Source of the DNA: Octopus sinensis
Lineage: Eukaryota
Assembly (NCBI RefSeq): GCF_006345805.1
Contig: NC_043010.1
Coordinates: 27,776,001-27,840,000 of the forward strand
DNA: 64,000 nt
Direction of reading: 5' to 3'
In this document: in pieces, positions 54,727-64,000 of the stretch
How the letters are laid out: the number at the start of each line of letters is the position of its first letter
Numbering within the stretch: the first letter of the stretch is position 1
Translations under genes and position numbers: made by a program
Notes under the pieces: model-generated
Database searches by the model: none
The model's input: the letters and a program-made list of their open reading frames with translations, nothing else
What the model was told of the DNA's origin: nothing

Positions 54727-54789
<63 letters not shown>

Positions 54790-55319
54790 TGTATGTATGC
54801 ACGTAAACAAACAAATAAGCACACAAACATATACATTTACACGCTTATATACAAGCACAGATAGCGTTACATACTTTAAAAGTAACATTTATCTCATAAA
54901 ACCAACATGAACATTATTTAGAAAGTTTATTTTAAATCTAATAAAATGAAAAACATGGAATATTTCAGGAAAAATGTATGTAAGTAATTAATAAATTAAC
55001 CTTAAAATGAAATTTTGAAAACTACAGTTGTGTTTTGGCTAAAGTTAAGTGCTTTGGACACGAACGTAGTATGTAATATGAGCCACCTGATTTAACTGCC
55101 TGAAACAGCAGCTAAATCTCCCTTGAATCACATCATAACTATCTTTAAAAAAACGATGAACAGATTGGGCAACATAGTCATATATATACAAAAAGATGGG
55201 ATGGCTACATCTGGAACGCCTTTGATGATAGATTTTCTCAATCAAACATCAAAAATTACCGATGGCAGGGTTCGAACAAATGATCTCTGGTCCAGTACTC
55301 CACTGACGCGGCCACAAGT

Positions 55320-55695
55320 ATAGGAGTGACTGTGTTGTAAGAAGCTTGCTTCCCAACCACATGGTTCTGGTTTCAGTCCCACTGCGGGGCACCTTGGGCA
55401 AGTGTCTTCTACTATATATCGCCTCGAACCGACTTGTGAATAGATTCGGTAGACGGAAACTGAAAGAAGCCCGACATATATGTGTGTGTGTCCTCCCACC
55501 ATCGCTTGACAACGATGTTGCCACCATCGCTTGACACCGATGTTGGTGTGCTAACGCCCCCGTAACATAGCAGTTTGGCAAGAGACTGATAAAACAAATT
55601 TCTAGGTTTGCAAAAATAAGTACTGGGGTCCATTTGGTCGACTAAAGGCGGTGCTCCAGCATGACGCAGTCAACTGACTGAAACTGATAAAAGAA
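55320..55695 (+). mobile_element. SINE family S2
   Basis: Homologous to 37798-38185. Confidence 0.85.
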
Positions 55696-55700
55696 TGTAT

Positions 55701-57620
<1,920 letters not shown>

Positions 57621-59238
57621 AGGGTTTAATAATACACTGCGAAAAACACAGTCGTCAACAAAATAGTGGTGATAGCTACTGGACGCAGATTTTCGAAAAG
57701 AAAACCTGCAAAAACATTTTCATTGCGTCTAATATGTGCTTACCACCAATGGAAAATTGAGCAGAGATTAAAAATAATCATGGCTTTGAAGAATTTAGTT
57801 TGTATTACTACTAGATACATCAATCTATACTATAATAATGAGAGAGAAAGAGAGAGAGAGACCAGCAAGTAACCTAATTTCAATGAGGCTATATTGGCTC
57901 ACGACCTTAAAAAATATCCTGTTGAAATAATATGTATGATCAAATGTAGTAATGAATTTTAGGAAAGACTTCGCCCCCACCCCCACCCCATTTTCTCCCA
58001 AATTTGTCTATTTTTGTAAATTTTTTTTTGCCAAAAATCCGTTTTCGGATACGGTTCCGGAAAATTGCCAAAATCGGAATTGTGAAATCACCCCTATTTT
58101 CCCCCCAACTTGTTCAATTTTGACTTTTTCCCCGAACACTAACCCTAAAACCCTAACCGTAAGTAGAGAAATGTTTTGAAATTTTTGACCGAATCATGAT
58201 GTCCATATTTTTTCCGCATATTTAGAAAAGAAACAATTCTTTAAAAAAAATTTTGCAAAGACTTTTGGAATTTTTTTTTTTCAGAATCATAATCTCCGTA
58301 TTTTTCCGCAAATTTTGAAAAAAAGAAATTGTGAAAAAAAGTTTAAAACGAAGGAAATGGAGGTGGGGGTGGTAATTAGAAATGTCGATTTTTGCCAATT
58401 TTTTTGCAGATTCGTATTCCCCGTAGCCGAAGGGGGGAGGGGGGTCGAAAACAAATTTATAAAAAGGGTGGTTTTTTGGGGTGGGGACGGGCGGAAGTTT
58501 TGCTTAGCTTGTTTATATATATATAACAGTTATGTTGAAACAGGTGATGCGGGAAAACGCAGCATTGACAAAACATTTGTAGAGTAAATGGTCTAATTCG
58601 ACTAAACAGCATGTAATACATCCGTTTGGAGAATTCCATGCTCTAACCGATCATAGAAAATTGGGGGTGGGGGAGTATGTAATTTTTGAACCTACCGAAA
58701 AGTTGTCAGTGGATATACTCGCCTTTGAGGCGGTCAACGCTGCATCTAACACGACCCATCATGTGGTTGACAGTCAAATGAATGAAGGTGTAATCGAGAT
58801 ATTGTACGTAAATGGGTACATTATGGAAATGGGCTACAATAGGAGACGGTAACCAGGAAGTGAACTGTTGAAAGAGGTTGAGGAGGAGCTGGTAGTGCTG
58901 TCAATCTTACCTCGCAAGATACAGTGTACTTGTATCCGAAGAAAATCAAGCGATGTGATGCGCAGCCATTCTAATCAGAGCGATCTTCAGCTGCGAAGGG
59001 GCGTCCAGTAAACCGGCAAATACGGTGTATTATTATTATTGTTATTATTATTATTAATTATTAATAATTTAGCCTTAAAATGTTTGAAAAAGTATATATT
59101 GCCACGAAAAAACCCATAAAATATCTCGGAGAATATTTACGATTCCGCGAATATGCGGTGGTTTCCGGGAACAATTATTAATTCCGCGAATTAGCGGGAC
59201 CGCGAATGTGTGTGCGTGTGTGTGTGTGTGTGTGTGTG

Positions 59239-59276
<38 letters not shown>

Positions 59277-60144
59277 ACGTATGTGTGTGTATGTGTGTAT
59301 GTGTGTGTGTGCGTGTGTGTGTGCGTCCGTGCATGCCACATATACAATGGCGTAAGAGAAAAATACTATATATCACATACAACTACTGCACAATATTCTC
59401 AGCACACACAGAAGATATGAAAAAGAAAACAAAGCGACGCACAATTATATACCCTGTTACTATAATTGATCAATGCAGAAAACCGTTATCATTCCTCTCA
59501 TTAACAAAACAAACACAGCAAATGTTTCTCTGCCCTTATTACAGCATACCCCCATTATAAAATTGCCATTAAAAAACTGGGTTATCTCCCCACTAAAACA
59601 TTGAGTTTATGTGGCGACAAGAGATTGGATTAAAAGGGTTAGAGATCCTTTTGATTCAAAATTTCAACACATTGTTGATGTTTGCCCCCCTCAATAGGAA
59701 TGGTGTGATTTGTTATAAAAATGTTATCAGATTCAGTAAGATTTTTAATTTTTCAGTTTTCATATTTATGAATCTTTTCAGTTTTGTAGGATTTCTTATA
59801 AAAAATATTATTAGATTCAATGAGATGTTTCATCTTTTCACTTTTGTTATTTTTTTGTTTTGTTTTGTTTTATTGTGGGTTAAACAATTTTTGTAGTTTA
59901 GGGACATAACCCATTTTTTTTAATGGGGGTGAGATAACCAAAAAGTACCGCGAACTATTTGTAACGCGAAACTCTGGCTAGCAATCTGTAATGCGAAACT
60001 GGCAAGCAAACTATCTGCCAACTTATGGGGTACGCAAGCATAAATACTTCCGCAACTTGAAATTTTTGGAATAAAGTACGAAAGGAATATCTTCCTAAAC
60101 TTCTCAACGCGAAACTCTAGCTAACAAAGTGTCTACTTTATCTA

Positions 60145-61420
60145 TTGGGTTGGCAATTAAGTTCCAGCCGTTTTTTAAATTTTAATTTTTTAAAAGGTTT
60201 ATTAAAAATAACTAATTAATCAATAATGTATTCACCCTTGTTGTTTACAACTTCTTCCCAATGTTCAACAAGATTTTCAACAAGATTTTCAATACCTCGT
60301 TGGTGGAAATCACCCGACTTCGACTCGAAAAATTGATTCAACCAAGCTTCTCAATTCTGCATCAGTATTGAACGAAACACCGCGCATAGTATTTGAAAGA
60401 GATCGAAAGAGGTGGAAATCCATTAGTGCCAAATCAGGAGAGTACGGCGGATGTGGCAGTACTCTCTAGTCATGCGTTTGAATGGCTTCCTTGGTCATAT
60501 TGGCGATATGAGGGCGGGCGTTGTCGTGCAGCAAAAGAACTCCATGCCGACGATTAGGTCTTTTCTCTTGAATAGCCTTGTTGAGTCGTTCCATCTGTTG
60601 AACATAGAGTTCCGCGTTGACCGTTTGGTTTCGTTCAAACAATTCCTAAAGGATAATCCCTTCCCAGTCCCACCATACGCACAACATCGTTTTACGCGGA
60701 TGAAGATTTTGTTTCGCTTGTTTACCGAGGCTAAGCCTTTCCTTATGCTGCTTCATATTGATGTACATGCACCATTTTTCGTCGCCAGTAACGAGTCGGT
60801 AAATAAATTGTTGCTTGTGTTCATGAGTTGAGCAGTGACGAGCAAGCAAACAAGCGAAGATTGTGGCTCGTTGATTTTTGTTGTTGTCACTTAAAGCATG
60901 CGGAACCCATGCTCCATACTTCTGAACCTTTCCCATCGAGTGAAGATGCTTCTATAGCAGTGTATGATCATTCCATTTTCTTTTCCAGTTCCCTTGTCGT
61001 TTGACGAGAATTTTCGTGCAAAAGTTGGTTTAATCGCTCTTCATCAAACTCAACTGGACGGCCAGAACGAGGTACGTCTTTGAGGTAAAAATTTCCATTT
61101 TTGAACGTGGTATACCAATCATGAGCGGTTATTTCAGCTATGGCACTCTCTCCATACACAGCACAAATGTCACGAGCAGCTTTTGAGGTCTTAGAACCTT
61201 GATTAAAAGCAAAAAGGAGGTGTTGAAAATGCTCGTTTTTCTTAACTTGACATTCCATTTTAATGATCTGAAAAAAAAAATTAACTAAAATTAACTAGGA
61301 AAAAAAAAGATTCCAAAATGATTCAAAAATAGAATTCTCGAAAAAAATAGATTCCAAAATTTAAAAACTCAATAAATTCCAAAGTTAAAAAAACCGGCAG
61401 GAACTTAGTTGCCAACCCTA
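60145..61420 (-). mobile_element. Near full-length mariner element, transposase pseudogenised
   Basis: TIRs TTGGGTTGGCAA.TAAGTTCC / GGAACTTAGTTGCCAACCC, TA at both ends; WVPHAL and VTGDEKW motifs. Confidence 0.92.
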
Positions 61421-62121
61421 TATTAGAAATAGTAGCCGACTATTCCTCCAGTAACACTACAATTTTCTCAGTAAAAGGATTTGTAGGATAATATTGTGTT
61501 GGATTCACTGCTACACAGAGAAAAAAAGATGAGAGAGTCACGGCTGGAATTTCCTTTCATCATAGATCAGTTTGATCAGGGCTGATCTGGAGTTGCCAGC
61601 AACAACAAAAACAACAGCAAAAGCCAACAAATGCAAAAACAACAACAGGATGTGGTTTTATTAAGGAATGCCAAGAAGATGAAGGAGGAGGGGGAGGAGG
61701 AGGAGTAAGAAGAAGAAGAAAAACAAGGAAGAAGAACAACAACAACAACAACAACAACAACACGAAGGAAAGTAAGAATAAAAATTGCTCCAATAACAAG
61801 TCCAAAAGTTGATACCAATAATTAGTGTCAGAGTAAGGAAGATGTTACTAAGTACAGAGACTGATTAGGGAGTGGGAGAGAGAGGGAGAGGGAGAGAGAG
61901 GAGAATGAGCGAGGGAGAGGGAGAGAGAGTATTGCCTTGGGTTGTTTTAGATTCAATTAGTTTAGCATATATTAACTAGCAGAAAAGGAAAGAAAAAAAG
62001 AGAAACGACCGGCGGGCAGAATTTCTGGTAGTCATTACGATAAGGTTAACATATCTACATGCATACATACATACATACATATATATATATATATCTATAT
62101 ATATATATATATATAATATAT

Positions 62122-62169
<48 letters not shown>

Positions 62170-62192
62170 TATATACATATATATATATATAC

Positions 62193-63139
<947 letters not shown>

Positions 63140-63148
63140 TATATATAT

Positions 63149-63849
63149 ATTTAAAAATAAGGATAAAATCTTTATAAGAAATTATCAGTAGTTAGCGTGA
63201 AAAACCTCGTAAGAGAAAAAATGTGTAAATTTTTCCACTTTGAAAATATTTATTTATATTATATAGAGGGTACTATTATTCATATGTACCGCACGCTAGG
63301 AGGGACCTTTGCAGTCAAAACTACTAAAATAAACAAATTTTACCGAATGCAAAACTTCAAAGCAAGTCATTTAAAAACAGAATTTAGTTACATATCACCT
63401 GTGATTTCGCAATCAATGCAGAATATGCATTCTATGCTCTTCAGTGCAACGAACTCAAGACATGTAAGAAAAAACACAAGATAGCATACCCGACAGCCAA
63501 CCGTAGAATTCGTCGTAGCATGTACGGATGTTTATCTTTACATATCTATGAAAATGGCGGGCTTATTCGCAATGCATTTCGGTAACAATTTGTCTATTCG
63601 GAACAAAAATTCAGTATTGAACTATTCCGGTGAAAAATATAAATTTAAAATTAAGGATAAAATCTTTATAAGAAATTATCAGTAGAGCATAGAATGCATA
63701 TTCTGCATTGATTGCGAAATCACAGGTGATATGTAACTAAATTCTGTTTTTAAATGACTTGCTTTGAAGTTTTGCATTCGGTAAAATTTGTTTATTTTGA
63801 CTGCAAAGGTCCCTCCTAGCGTGCGGTACCTATGAATAATAGTACCCTC

Positions 63850-63861
<12 letters not shown>
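63149..63861 (-). mobile_element. Retrozyme-like element: ~494-nt hammerhead unit plus ~180-bp 5' inversion, in (TA)n
   Basis: DR 63149-63191/63643-63685; IR ~63255-63440/63684-63861; intact hammerhead; no RT ORF. Confidence 0.8.
63387..63450 (-). ncRNA. Intact type I hammerhead ribozyme (AUA site, predicted cut between 63393 and 63392)
   Basis: Minus: GTTGCA CTGAAGA GCA tag AATGCA tattc TGCATT gat TGC GAAA TCAC ag GTGA TA TGTAAC. Confidence 0.88.
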
Positions 63862-63931
<70 letters not shown>

Positions 63932-63956
63932 GTATGTATATATATATATTTATATT

Positions 63957-64000
<44 letters not shown>

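Noticed and set aside
57824-57860. Helitron 5' end (TCTATACTATAATAA); similar starts at 11778 and ~37685 minus
   Set aside because: No matching 3' hairpin-CTRR end could be assigned
59110-59205. Possible distal TIR of the Tigger element
   Set aside because: Only loose similarity to the 55831 end and 1.5 kb from the transposase start; not supportable

Overview
Eukaryotic, AT-rich DNA saturated with microsatellites and transposons. No host protein-coding gene could be supported. The SINE families, R4/Dong-like LINE remnants and simple-repeat density point to a cephalopod (octopus-like) genome; this is inferred, not verified. Almost all ORFs in the supplied track are translated microsatellites; the real coding signals are decayed transposon proteins (RTE, Tx1, CR1/L2-like, R4/Dong, Penelope-like, Helitron Rep, mariner, Tigger/pogo, DD37D-like). 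Main result: two apparently intact type I hammerhead ribozymes (36647-36691 +, 63387-63450 -). Each sits in a short ORF-less unit with a direct-repeat period (353 and 494 nt), a 5' inverted segment whose junction falls inside the hammerhead, and (TA)n on both sides, i.e. retrozyme-like non-autonomous Penelope-type retroelements. At least four further decayed hammerheads of unrelated sequence occur (2027, 17905, 29712, 40546). Also notable: Tx1 copies inserted head-to-tail in (GATA)n, a same-strand train of retroposons in (AAT)n, a LINE/SINE shared 3' end with a base-pair-conserved hairpin, and a ~735 bp foldback element interrupted by an RTE with an 11-bp TSD. Ribozyme and junction coordinates were counted by hand; many SINE and fragment boundaries are approximate (about +/-20 bp).
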